Part shown: in pieces, positions 44,311-54,437 of the stretch
How the letters are laid out: every line of letters starts with the position of its first letter
How positions within the stretch are numbered: position 1 is the first letter of the stretch
From: an uncultured Actinomycetota bacterium
Lineage (GTDB): Bacteria; Actinomycetota; Actinomycetes; JACCUZ01
Direction: 5' to 3'
DNA: 64,000 nt
Assembly: GCA_963751035.1 (NCBI GenBank)
Contig: CAVVSW010000005.1
Location: 1,072,425-1,136,424 of the forward strand
The notes under the pieces: model-generated
Seen by the model: the letters and a program-made list of their open reading frames with translations, nothing else
Database searches by the model: none
What the model was told of the DNA's origin: nothing
Translations under genes and position numbers: made by a program

Positions 44311-45121
44311 CGCCGTCAGGCCGATCGGCCGGCGCGCTGCAGGCGGCTTCAGCGCGCGCCGGGCGCGCCGGTCTCGACGTCGCGCAGCGGCTCGCCGCTG
44401 CGCGGCGCCATCTCGCCCGCGGACACGCTGCGCCGCCGTCGGCTCCGCGGCCAGCTCGACGATCGCGCCGACCCGCGCGCAGCGGCGTCGCCAGCACGGG
44501 CGGCGCGCGCGGGGCGCCGTGGCCGGCAGCGAGGCTGCGTCCGGCGCCGCGGTGCGCCGGCCTGGGCGAGCGCCTCGGCCACCGCCGGGCCGCCACCGGG
44601 CGACGTCGAGGCGGACCAGCTCCTCGGTGGCCTCGCGCAGCGCTGCTGCAGCTCGCGTCGGCCTCCGCGAGACGGCAGCTCGGGAGCGCCGCGGCGTCAC
44701 CGCTGCGCCGATCCAGCGGACGGCGTCCAGGCGAGCCGCGGCTCTCGTCGGCACGCAGGCCGAGGGCGGTCGGCCCGGCGGCCAGCACCGCCTCGCCGGC
44801 CTCGACGGCCAGCTCGTTGAACGCCGCGCGGCCCGGGCAGGCCGGCGACGTCGCCGGGCGCCGGCAGCGCGAGCGCGCAGCCGCGTACGCCGAGGGCGCG
44901 CAGCCGGCCGAGCGCCAGCGTGACGGCGACGTCATCGGCCTCGCCGGGCAGGCCGCTGACACGCGTGGGCGGGTCGTCGGCGCCGGTGATGCGCGTCGGC
45001 GGCCTCGTCCGGGCTCGACGCGCCCGGGCAGGACGGCGTTGCCCCACGCGGCGAGCCGGGCGGCGCGCGGCAGCTCGAGCATCGGCCAGCGAGGCCTGAG
45101 GGCCGCGTCGGTGCTCGTAGG

Positions 45122-45942
45122 TTGCGCGGCGCATGTACTCGACTGCTCCTCGACTCTGCGCGGCGTCTCGGCTGGTGCGCGACGGCGCCCGGCTGCTGCG
45201 ACGACGTCGACTGGAGGTCGCCGAGGGCGAGCGCTGGGTGGTGCTCGGGCCGAACGGCGCGGGCAAGACGACGCTGCTCCAGCTCGCGTCGGCGCAACCT
45301 GCACCCCACGCCGCGGCGACGGCGTCGGATCCTCGGCGAGCACGCTGGGCGCGGTCGACGTCTTCGAGCTGCGGCCGCGCATCGGCCTGTCCAGCGCGGC
45401 GCTCGCCGACCGGCTGCCGGCGAGGGAGACGGTGCGCGACGTCGTCGTCACCGCGTCGTACGCCGTGTCGGGCCGGTGGCGGGAGAACTACGACGAGCTC
45501 GACAGCGCGCGGGCCGCGAGCTGCTCGACGCGATGGGCGTCGGGCCGCCTGGCCGAGCGGCGGTTCGGCACGCTGTCGCGAGGGCGAGCGCAAGCGGGTG
45601 CAGATCGCCCGCGCGCTGATGGCCGACCCCGAGCTGATGCTGCTCGACGAGCCCGCGGCCGGGCTCGACCTGGGCGGCCGGGAGGACCTCGTACGCCGGC
45701 TCGGCGAGCTCGGCGGCCGACCCGGCCGCGCCGGCGCTCGTCCTGGTGACCCACCACGTGGAGGAGATCCCGCCCGGCTTCACCCACGTCCTGCTGCTGC
45801 GCGGCGGGCCGCGTCGTCGCGCAGGGTCCGCTGCGAGACCACGCTGACCGGCGACGACCTGGCGCGAGACGTTCGGCCTCCCGCTGGAGCTGCGAGCGCC
45901 GCGGCGGCCGCGTGGTCAGCCCGCGCGACGCACGGCGCGTGA
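45122..45942 (+). pseudogene. ABC transporter ATP-binding protein (frameshifted; substrate unknown)
   Basis: It reads …LEVAEGERWVVLGPNGAGKTTLLQL (Walker A) / …VFELRPRIGLSSAALADRLPARETVRDVVVTASYAVSGRWRENYDELD… / …[37 protein letters not shown]…LVLVTHHVEEIP. These are the ABC motifs spread over at least three frames. The antisense strand shows the typical ABC shadow ORF. Confidence 0.6.
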
Positions 45943-45996
45943 TCCGCACTCGCCAGGCGCCGGACCGCCTAGGATCGGCCATACGGATCGAGGACG

Positions 45997-46445
45997 ATGG
46001 ACTGACTGGGCGACAACGCCTGGGCGCTCTGGCTCGGCCTCGCCGTCGTCCTCGGCTGCATCGAGGTGACCACGCTCGACCTCACGTTCCTCATGCTGGC
46101 CGCCGGCGCGCTGGCCGGCGCCGGCGCGGCCGGGCTCTGGGCGCCCCGTTCGCCGTGCCGGTGGTCGTCGCGGTCGTGCGTCTCGGTCGCGATGCTGGCC
46201 GTCGTCCGCCCGGTCGCGCTGCGGCACCTGCGCACGCCCGCGGCGACCCGCACCGGGACCGCCGCACTGGTCGGGCCGGAGGCCGTCGTGATCGAGCGCA
46301 TCGACGCCCACGGCGGCCAGGTCAAGCTCGCGGGCGAGGTGTGGTCCGCCCGATCGTACGACCCGCACGTGCGTCATCGAGCCGGGCCGCAACGTCGACG
46401 TCGTGCAGATCGACGGCGCGACCGCGGTCGTCTACGAATCGGAGA
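45997..46445 (+). pseudogene. NfeD-family membrane protein (in-frame TGA at codon 3 and one frameshift)
   Basis: The frame reads ATG GAC TGA CTG GGC GAC AAC GCC TGG, that is, M D * L G D N A W A L W L G L A V V L G C I E V T T L D L T F L M L A A G A L A G…. The NfeD family expects MDWLGDNAW. The C-terminal OB-fold reads …GQVKLAGEVWSARSYDPHV…IEPGRNVDVVQIDGATAVVYESE. It is followed by its SPFH partner. Confidence 0.6.
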
Positions 46446-46451
46446 TCGTGA

Positions 46452-47389
46452 ATGGAGTCACATCATCGCCCTCGGTCATCGCCGCGCGTCGCTCGTGCTC
46501 CTGGTCCTGGTGGCCCTGGCCAAGACCGTGCGGATCATCCCGCAGGCGCGGGCCGGCGTGGTCGAGCGGCTCGGCCGCTACAGCCGCACGCTCAACCCGG
46601 GCCTGACCGATCCTGGTGCCCGTTCATCGACCGGCTCCGCCCGCTGATCGACCTGCGCGAGCAGGTGGTGTCGTTCCCGCCGCAGCCGGTCATCACCGAG
46701 GACAACCTCGTCGGTCGGCATCGACACGGTCATCTACTTCCAGGTGACCGACCCCAAGGCGGCGACGTACGAGATCGCCAACTACATCCAGGGGGTCGAG
46801 CAGCTCACCGTCACGACGCTGCGCAACGTCGTCGGCGGCCTGAACCTCGAGGAGACGCTGACCTCGCGCGACCAGATCAACGCGGCGCTGCGCGGCGTGC
46901 TCGACGAGGCGACCGGCAAGTGGGGCATCCGCGTCAACCGCGTCGAGATCAAGGCCATCGACCCGCCCGCCTCCATCCAGGACTCGATGGAGAAGCAGAT
47001 GCGCGCCGAGCGCGAGAAGCGCGCCACGATCCTCACCGCCGAGGGCTTCAAGGCAGTCGCAGATCCTCACCGCCGAAGGCGCGCGGCAGTCGTCGATCCT
47101 CAAGGCCGAGGGCGACGCGCAGGCCGCGGTGCTGCGCGCCGACGGCGAGGCGCAGGCGATCCAGCAGGTCTTCGACGCCATCCACGCCGGCAACCCCGAC
47201 CAGAAGCTGCTGGCCTACCAGTACCTCCAGATGCTGCCGCAGATCGCCCAGGGCGACTCCAACAAGGTGTGGATCGTGCCGAGCGAGCTCGGCGAGGCGC
47301 TCAAGGGCATCGGCGGGATGCTCGGCGGCGGGCGGAGCGGCGAGCCGGGCGATGCCGTTCCGCCGAAGCCACCGATCCAGCCCGCCTGA
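46452..47389 (+). pseudogene. SPFH/band-7 (stomatin/prohibitin-like) protein (several frameshifts)
   Basis: The fragments read …LVLLVLVALAKTVRIIPQARAGVVERLGRYSRTLNPGL / …FIDRLRPLIDLREQVVSFPPQPVITEDNLV / …IYFQVTDPKAATYEIANYIQGVEQLTVTTLRNVVGGLNLEETLTSRDQINAALRGVLDEATGKWGIRVNRVEIKAIDPPASIQDSMEKQMRAEREKRATILTAEG / …AEGDAQAAVLRADGEAQAIQ…LLAYQYLQMLPQIAQGDSNKVWIVPSELGE…. Confidence 0.75.
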
Positions 47390-47393
47390 GCGC

Positions 47394-47867
47394 TCACCAG
47401 AGCAGGCTGGGGACGAACGCCAGCAGACCGAACCGGCCGAGGCGCCCGGCGAACGCGCTGATCAGGAACAGGTGTGGGCGCATCGCGGTCGACCCAGCCA
47501 TCGGCGAGACGACCACCAACGGTGGAACGCTGACCAAGGCACTGACGCCGACGACCGCCGCAAGGTGGCGCGGGTGCTTCGCGTCGAAAGAGTCGACCTT
47601 CGTGAGCAGCCGGTTGTGGAGCAGCCGGTCCAGAAGGCGCACGCGGCGGCGCAGCACCTTGACCCGCACCGCCAGGAAGACCAGCAGCTTGCCGGCCGCC
47701 TGACCGCACGCAGCGGTGATCGCGACCGCGATCGCCCACTCCGGCGACGTACTGGCGGCCACCGTCAGGGCGACGACCATGGCCTCGGGTGGTCCCATGG
47801 GCACGATGGCGGTTGCGAAGGAGGCAAGGAGCAGGACCGCGAGTACGCCGACTGCGACCGCGGTCAT
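47394..47867 (-). CDS. small polytopic membrane protein (DedA/VTT-like; weak assignment)
   Basis: The protein is about 157 aa, reads MTAVAVGVLAVLLLASFATAIVPMGPPEAMVVAL…AGKLLVFLAVR…LLAFVPSLLW, and has four TM helices. The ATG overlaps the upstream gene's stop (ATGA). The listed ORF's upstream extension is Arg-rich and unlikely. Confidence 0.4.
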   Translation of the reverse strand: MTAVAVGVLAVLLLASFATAIVPMGPPEAMVVALTVAASTSPEWAIAVAITAACGQAAGKLLVFLAVRVKVLRRRVRLLDRLLHNRLLTKVDSFDAKHPRHLAAVVGVSALVSVPPLVVVSPMAGSTAMRPHLFLISAFAGRLGRFGLLAFVPSLLW

Positions 47868-48553
47868 GATGCGCTCGCCAAAGCGCAGCCTACCGGGGCA
47901 GGAACGCCCATCCGATGCAGGCGGATCAGTGAGGTGACCTTCACACCGGTGATGGCCACCACGAGTGCGATGCAGGCCACCGGGGACCTCGTCGTGAGCA
48001 TCAGGAGCACCAGCGCGCCGCTGTTGAGCGCCTTCCCCGGCGTTGACCAGTTCCACGCGTACAGCGCCCGGTCGACGAGGTAGAAGTAGTTCAGCGACCG
48101 GAGCGGCCAGTTCAGGAATGCCAGGGAGAGATGGGCGTCGAGCACCATGAACTGGAAGAGGAAGAGCGCGATCGGCACGAGCATGTCGTGCTGCAGGTGT
48201 CCGTAGGACAGGTAGTAGACCGCGATGCACAAGCGGTCACTGACGATGTCCAGGACGGCGCCCGCCCGGGTCTCCTCGTCCCGTCGCCTCGCGACGATCC
48301 CGTCGGCCATGTCGCCCACGCAGTGGATCGCCAGGCCGGCGAAAAGCAGCTCTGGGCGGCCGGTCGAGATCGACAGCGTGACCGCGGCGAGACAGCCGGC
48401 GGTCCTGGCCAACGTGACGGCGTTCGCGAGGGTGAGGATGTTCTCGGTGGGCTCGGTCAGGCAGCCGTGGTGGCCGCACTCTGCGGGCGCCGGGGCGACG
48501 TGAGCCGCTGTCGTCCCCTGTCGTTTGGCCGGGTTCGTCGTCGCTGTGCTCAT
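47864..48553 (-). CDS. CDP-alcohol phosphatidyltransferase family protein
   Basis: The protein reads …LAIHCVGDMADGIVARRRDEETRAGAVLDIVSDRLCIAVYYL, which matches the D-G-x2-A-R-x8-G-x3-D-x3-D signature. It is about 230 aa with multiple TM helices. Confidence 0.7.
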   Translation of the reverse strand: MSTATTNPAKRQGTTAAHVAPAPAECGHHGCLTEPTENILTLANAVTLARTAGCLAAVTLSISTGRPELLFAGLAIHCVGDMADGIVARRRDEETRAGAVLDIVSDRLCIAVYYLSYGHLQHDMLVPIALFLFQFMVLDAHLSLAFLNWPLRSLNYFYLVDRALYAWNWSTPGKALNSGALVLLMLTTRSPVACIALVVAITGVKVTSLIRLHRMGVPAPVGCALASAS

Positions 48554-48707
48554 GACCGCTCCTCGTCCTTCTGCCGATGACTCGACCGTCGCGGAGCGGC
48601 GCTGGGCCAGACAGCCGGGTGACGGCCGAGTTGGCGAGGGCTAACCAGGCCGGGGGATGGGGATTGCCTCCTTGCCACGCCCCGGGCGAACGCGCACGAT
48701 CGGCCAC

Positions 48708-50906
48708 ATGAGCGGTTGGAGCTGGCCCGTGGTCCGTGCCATCGCCGCGTTGTCGGTGCTCGTGAGCATCACGGCCCTGGTGTTGGCCGACGTCCTCTCA
48801 CAAGCGCTACCGGTGGAGACGATCAACCTGTCGGTGATCTCCGCCGGAGCTGCAGTCATGTCGGTCCTGCTCCACCGGTTCACCCCGGACAACAACGTGT
48901 GGCGGGTCCTCCTGCTGATCGCTGTGGTCGGATCGGTCGCGGTCGTCCTCTTCGCGTTGGCACGGAACACGGCCGGGCGACCCGAGGCACTGATCGGAGC
49001 CGTGTGGCTCGCCGACGTCGCGCTTGCGGTGTCGTGGATGCTCTTCTTCGGACTCTTTCCCGACGGTCACCGCCCGATCCAGAGGTGGCCGGCGCTGGTG
49101 CTCGGGTCGGCGCTGGTGCTCACGGCGGTGTCTGTCGTGGCATGGCTCTCCGCACCTGACGGTGCCTCGCTCCCCGTCCCCGGCCACCTGCCGGGGGTAA
49201 CCACGGCCGAGGGCGCTGGCGTCCATGAATGGGCCGCCCGCACGGCAAGCGTCCTCGTTGGCGTCCTGCCATTCGTTGCCGCGGTGTGCTTGCTCCTGCG
49301 TTACCCCCGATCTGGCCCGTTGGTCCGTCAGCAGATCAGGGTGGGGGCAGCAGGTCTGAGCGCCGGAGTCCTGCTCGAGGTCGCGCTGCTGTGGACGCTG
49401 CCCGGTGTCGAGGCGGGGAAGGTGCACTTCGCGGTCGCGTTGGTGGCGGTCGCCGTGGGGGCCTTCGGGGTGGCGGCCGCGTTGCTGCGGTGGCGGTTGT
49501 GGGTGGTCGACCAGGCACTGCCGCGGGCGGTCGTGTTAGGCGCCTGCTCGGCGGGGTTCACCGCGGCGATCGTCCTGGTGGCAACCATCGCCACCGGTGG
49601 GCTGCGCAGGGAACAGGTGCAGGGAGCGGTGCTCGCCGCGGTCCTCGTGACTGTCCTTGTCCAGGGCTACAGCCGTCGGTTGGAGCCCTGGGTGCGCGAG
49701 ATCGTCTACGGCAAGCGTCCCGGCGGGTACGCCGTGCTCGTCGGTCTCGCCGACGGGTTGGCCGCGGAAGGCGCCGACGCTGCATCGGGCCGGATCGCCG
49801 ACGCGGCGCGTCGCGCCCTGGCGGTGCCCTGGGCCGTCCTCTGGGCGCCGACCGCCCGACCAGGGGTGTACCGACTCGCGGCCAAGGCGGGCGACGTGCA
49901 GGCGGCATACGTGGTCCGCCTCGGCGAGGACGAGTTCCTCGGGACCCGTCCGGCGCGGCTGCTCCCAGCCGACGCGCCACGCTCCGAACTGCCAGGGGAC
50001 TCCGCGGCCTCGGCCGTCCTGTCTGCGGCTGCGCAGCCGTGGGCGGTCCTCGTTGTCGGGCAACGGCGTGGTGAGCCGCTGACCGACGGCGACCTGGAGC
50101 TCCTCACGGTCATCTGTCGCGAGGCCGAGCTGGCACACGACAACCGCCTGCTGCTCGGCGAGGTGGCAGCCAGCATGGAAGAACTGCGCGAGCAGGCGCA
50201 CGAGCTGCAGGTGTCGCGCCAACGCCTGGTCGCGGCCCAGGACGAGGAGCGCCGTCGCATCGAGCGCGACCTCCACGATGGAGCCCAGCACGAGCTGATC
50301 GCGCTGGCCGGCCAGTTGCGTCAGCTCGCGCGCGGCCCTGCTGTGCCGGCGGGCACGTTCGACGAGCTCGCCGACCAGGCCGAGCAAGCCGTGTTCAGCC
50401 TGCAGGACCTGGCCCGCGGCATCTACCCCAGCGTTCTGACCGACCACGGTGTCGCGGCGGCCATCCGGTCGTATGTCGCTCGGATGCCCCTCGACGTCGT
50501 ACTGGAGATCGCCCCCGCAAGCAGCCGCCGCCGGTGGGCGACGGAGCTGGAGGTCGCTCTCTACTTCGTGGCTGTCGAAGCGCTCGGGAACATCCGCAAG
50601 CACGCACATGCGACGACGAGCACGGTCACTCTCGCCGAGCGCGGTTCGAGCATCCTGCTGGAGGTCCACGACGATGGGGTCGGCTTCGACCAGGGCAACG
50701 TGGCGGCCCGCAGCGGTCTCCAGCACATGTCCGACCGGATGGCGGCCCTGGGCGGGACGCTCGTCGTCGAGTCCCGGCCCGGAGCGGGGACCTGGGTCAC
50801 CGCAACGGTTCCCAGCACCGTGCCGTCGGATCTCCTCGATGGGGATCTCAGCGGCCCGATGCCGACTCCCTCAGATACAGCAGCACGGCCTGCACCCGGC
50901 GGTTGA
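48708..50906 (+). CDS. sensor histidine kinase (polytopic N-terminal sensor + HisKA_3 + HATPase_c; NarL-family partner)
   Basis: There are roughly eight TM helices in the N-terminal 330 aa. HisKA_3 reads QDEERRRIERDLHDGAQHELIAL. The HATPase reads …ALGNIRKHAHAT…EVHDDGVGFD…GLQHMSDRMAALGGTLVVESRPGAGTWVTATVP. The ATG at 48708 (MSGWSWPVV) is more plausible than 48657. Confidence 0.8.
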   Translation: MSGWSWPVVRAIAALSVLVSITALVLADVLSQALPVETINLSVISAGAAVMSVLLHRFTPDNNVWRVLLLIAVVGSVAVVLFALARNTAGRPEALIGAVWLADVALAVSWMLFFGLFPDGHRPIQRWPALVLGSALVLTAVSVVAWLSAPDGASLPVPGHLPGVTTAEGAGVHEWAARTASVLVGVLPFVAAVCLLLRYPRSGPLVRQQIRVGAAGLSAGVLLEVALLWTLPGVEAGKVHFAVALVAVAVGAFGVAAALLRWRLWVVDQALPRAVVLGACSAGFTAAIVLVATIATGGLRREQVQGAVLAAVLVTVLVQGYSRRLEPWVREIVYGKRPGGYAVLVGLADGLAAEGADAASGRIADAARRALAVPWAVLWAPTARPGVYRLAAKAGDVQAAYVVRLGEDEFLGTRPARLLPADAPRSELPGDSAASAVLSAAAQPWAVLVVGQRRGEPLTDGDLELLTVICREAELAHDNRLLLGEVAASMEELREQAHELQVSRQRLVAAQDEERRRIERDLHDGAQHELIALAGQLRQLARGPAVPAGTFDELADQAEQAVFSLQDLARGIYPSVLTDHGVAAAIRSYVARMPLDVVLEIAPASSRRRWATELEVALYFVAVEALGNIRKHAHATTSTVTLAERGSSILLEVHDDGVGFDQGNVAARSGLQHMSDRMAALGGTLVVESRPGAGTWVTATVPSTVPSDLLDGDLSGPMPTPSDTAARPAPGG

Positions 50907-51534
50907 CGTCGTCGCGCTCGGTGAGAGCCAGTTTCGTGAACACGGCTGCGATGCGCTTCTCGACCGTCCCTGTCGCCAGATGCGTCTCTGCAGCAATGCC
51001 AGCATTGCTGTAGCCCTCAGCCATCAACCGCAGGACGTCCAGCTCGCCGTCGCTGAGCTGCGACAGGGGTGACCCGGGCTTTCCGGCCCGCTGCGTGAGC
51101 AGCCGCTGCACGATCGCTGGGTCCAGGACCGATCCGCCCGCTGCCACCTCGTGCACGGCGCGGACGAGCTGCTCCGCGTCACCAACCCTCAGCTTGTGCA
51201 GATAGGCGTAGCCGGCGACACCGTCGGCGAACAGCGACCAGATGTACTCCTCGTCGTCGTGCTGTGACAGCACGACGACGCCGCAGCTCGGCAACATGGC
51301 TCGGATCGCGTGCGCCAGGTCGATCCCCTCAGTCGTGTGGGTCGGCGGCATCCGGATGTCGGTGAGGAGCACGTCGGGCTTGACGCGTTCGGCCAGCTCC
51401 ATCGCCTCGACCGGGTCCGCCGCGCAGCCAACGACCTCGATGTCGGGCTGCTCGGCCAGAAGCCGCCGTAGGCCTTCGCGCGTCACGAAGTGGTCCTCCG
51501 CGACCAGCACCCTCACCCGGGCCGTCACCCGCAC
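50848..51534 (-). CDS. two-component response regulator, NarL/LuxR family
   Basis: The receiver domain reads VRVLVAEDHFVTREGLRRLLAE…PDVLLTDIRMPP…VVVLSQHDDEEY. The LuxR HTH reads LSDGELDVLRLMAEGYSNAGIAAETHLATGTVEKRIAAVFTKL. It converges on the kinase gene. Confidence 0.85.
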   Translation of the reverse strand: MRVTARVRVLVAEDHFVTREGLRRLLAEQPDIEVVGCAADPVEAMELAERVKPDVLLTDIRMPPTHTTEGIDLAHAIRAMLPSCGVVVLSQHDDEEYIWSLFADGVAGYAYLHKLRVGDAEQLVRAVHEVAAGGSVLDPAIVQRLLTQRAGKPGSPLSQLSDGELDVLRLMAEGYSNAGIAAETHLATGTVEKRIAAVFTKLALTERDDVNRRVQAVLLYLRESASGR

Positions 51535-51640
51535 ATGATGGCACTGCCGGGCTACCCGGGCGGGTTGTGATGGTTAACCCGGCCGAAGCAGTTGGGCAGC
51601 CACGCTGTGAGGATGGCTCAGGCAGGCAGAGCATCAAACG

Positions 51641-53240
51641 GTGAGCACAGTCGAGCTCGAACTCGCGGCGCCCAGGCTTCGCCGCCGGGATGTCGCTGTG
51701 GCTCTCGCCTTCACCACCGTGCTCGCCGTCTATCTGCTCGCGCCACCTCGGGTTCCCGACCTGGCCGCACAGGTTGCCAGGACGGAGCTGGTGCACCGGG
51801 TCGGCCTGACCGTCTGGTGGCAGGGCTGGTTCGGCGGTCTACACCTGCCGACCTACAGCGCGCTCAGCCCGATCGTGATGTCGGTGTTGACGCCGCCACT
51901 GACCGGCGCGCTCGCCGCGGTCGCCGCGGCTGCTGCGATGTCGCGGCTGCTCCGTTGCTCGATGCGACCGACGGCCGGGATGAGCGCCTTCCTGATCACG
52001 GATACGGCGAACCTCGTCGACGGACGGATCACCTTCGGTGTCGGCCTCGCGACCGGGCTCTGGTGCCTCGCCGTCATGGAGCGGAGGCCGTCGCGGTCGC
52101 GGGCCTGGGCGACCGGTTCTCTTGCGGTGCTCACCTGCCTGGCCAGCCCGCTTGCTGGCTTGTTTCTCGCGATGGCGATGGTGACGCAGCTCCTGGTAAG
52201 GCGGGCACCGGTGGGCCACTACATCGCGGTTGTCGTGCTCGTCGTGGGGAGCCTCGCGGTCACTGGCGTGCTCTTCCCCGGCGTGGGGTCGATGCCGTTC
52301 GACCCCATCACCGTGTTGCCGGCGCTGGGCTGCGCTGTGTGCGTCGCGGTGTTCTGTCGTGACCCGCGAATCCGGGTCGGCGCACTCGTGTACCTGGTCA
52401 TGCTGGCGGCCTTCCTCGCCTATCCGGGTGCCGTCGGCATGAACGTCACCCGCCTCGCGTGGGTCTTCGCCGCGCCGCTCGTGGTCGCCTGGGCACCGCT
52501 GCCGCGCCGGACCGTCGCAGTTCTGGCCCTGGCCGTGGCGCTGCTTCCCGGCTATCGACCTCGGTCGGCAGCTGGTTGCCGCCTCGGACCCGAGCTCGCA
52601 GTCGGCGTTCTACCGTCCCCTGGCCGCCGCGCTCGCGGCCGACCAAGCGGCGCGCCCGCACACACTCGGTCAGCGCGTCGAGGTCGTGGACACGCGCAAC
52701 CACTGGGCATCGGCACAGATCGCCAGGCATCACGCACTGGCACGCGGGTGGGAGCGGCAGGCCGACCGGGCGAACAACCCGCTCTTCTACGCCCCGGGCC
52801 GGATCGACCCGGCGAGCTACCGCGCCTGGCTCTCCGAGCTTGCCGTCGGCTGGGTGGCGGTGCCCGAGGCTGAGCTCGACTACGCATCGGTCAGCGAGGC
52901 CGCGCTGGTGTCCACCGGCCTGCCCTATCTGCAAGTGATCTGGTCGAACGCGGACTGGACGCTCTACCGGGTGCTGGACGCTCCCGGTCTGGCGACGCCC
53001 GGCACTGTGCTGGAGATCGACGACCGGGGACTGACGATCGCCGCGCATGCCACCACGGTCAGGTTGGCGCTGCGCTGGTCTCCCTATCTCGTCGTGACCA
53101 CCGCGTCGGGCCGGGCCGTGCCGGGTTGCGTCGGGGAGCGAGACGGGTGGACGTTCATCAACGTCCCGGAACCGGGCACCTACCGGGTCGTGGCCGACTT
53201 CGACGGCCAGCTGCGTCGTAGCCAGTCACGGTGTGGCTGA
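51641..53240 (+). pseudogene. large integral membrane protein with a C-terminal extracytoplasmic domain (GT-C-like glycosyltransferase candidate; one frameshift near 52560)
   Basis: There are about ten TM helices (…VALAFTTVLAVYLLAPP…, …LAVLTCLASPLAGLFLAMAMV…), followed by a roughly 180-aa soluble domain (…NHWASAQIARHHALARGWERQADRANNPLFYAPG…LPYLQVIWSNADWTLYRV…). The family was not resolved. Confidence 0.45.
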
Positions 53241-53251
53241 GCGGTTCGCGG

Positions 53252-54323
53252 TCAGGGCTTCGCGGCGAGCTGCCCGGCGATCTTGAGCACCAGGGCGACG
53301 TACCAGTCGGCGTGGTTGTAGTGCCAGATCGCTCGAGCGAGGGCGCGAAGGTCCGCGGCCGCCACCGTTCGCGCAGAGGTAGTGGGCGGCGGAGAAGATC
53401 GCGTCGGCCGGGTTGTTGATGTCGGCGAACCCGTCCCGGTCGCCGTCCACGCCGTACGCCGCGAAGGTCGCCGGCATGAACTGCATCGGTCCCTGGGCGC
53501 CGGCGTACGAGACGTTGGTGTTGCGGCCGTGGCCCGTCTCCACCTGGCCGATCGCCGCGAGCACGCTCCAGGGCAACCCCTTGCAGGTGCGCGCCGCGGC
53601 CACGTAGAGCGGCCGGAAGTCTCTCGGGACCGCTGTGGCGTGGGCGGTGGCCACCCGCTCGGCAGCGGAACGCGCGACGCGGGCCGCCAGCGCACGGATT
53701 CGCGCGGCGGCAGCCTCCGCATCGGCCAGCTTCTTCGCCCGGGCACTCAGCCGGGACAGGGTGTCAGCGGCGCTGGCGAGCAGCGCCTGCAGCTCGTCGT
53801 AGCGCTGCGCGACCTCGGCCGCCGTGACCACCGCGCCCTCGGCGTCTGTCTCCAGCGAGCCCGCCCGGGCGAGCAGGGTGGTCGACGCCGACCGGCTGTC
53901 GGAGGCGTCGGCCCCGCCGACCTGGACGATGCGCTGCACGTAGGCGACCCGGCGCATCGCGTCCGCGACGCTGCTCGCGTCCAGCACGCTCGCGTACAGG
54001 GCGGCCGACCCGCCGGCCATGTAGAGCGCCCGGACCCGGCCGTTGTAGGTCCGGCGCGCCCCGGCCGCTTGCCGCAGGGCCGCGTCGGCATCGACGTCGG
54101 CGCTCACACTCTTCGTGACGTTGTGCGCGAGCTGCCCCAGGGCCTTCTCGTAGGCCCGCATCGCCCGGTCGACCCGGGGCTGCAGCGCCGCGACCTCGGC
54201 GGCGGCCCGCTGGGCGGCCTGTTTGGCCTGGGCGGCGGACTCCGCGCGCGCCGGGGCGACCGGCAGGCTCCCAAGCAGCAGGACGCCGGCGAGCAGCAAG
54301 ACCAGCCGCCGCGGAGAGGACAC
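53252..54323 (-). pseudogene. secreted lytic-transglycosylase-domain protein with an N-terminal coiled-coil (frameshift near 53330)
   Basis: The signal peptide reads MSSPRRLVLLLAGVLLLGSLPVAPARA. A long Ala/Gln-rich coiled-coil follows. The SLT domain reads …CKGLPWSVLAAIGQVETGHGRNTNVSYAGAQGPMQFMPATFAAYGVDGDRDGFADINNPADAIFSAAHYLCANGG. The C-terminus continues in another frame (…WHYNHADWYVALVLKIAGQL). Confidence 0.7.
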
Positions 54324-54437
54324 GTTTCATACCTCGGCCGGGGTCGAGAGTGCCTTGACCGGCCAACTGGGGCACCAGGCGCCCCAAGGGAGTGCAATGC
54401 CTTCGCATAGAGTCCGCGCGGTGAGTGGGGCGCGCGC

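Noticed and set aside
42945-45749. 934-aa ORF on the plus strand
   Set aside because: Only short stretches correspond to glgA and the ABC ATPase. The rest is an Arg/Ala-rich translation of GC-rich DNA and antisense of nothing conserved. The real genes are in other frames.
46003-46005. TGA in nfeD as a selenocysteine codon
   Set aside because: The homologous position is Trp in the family. There is no SECIS-like hairpin and no selenoprotein context. A point error or nonsense mutation is far more likely.
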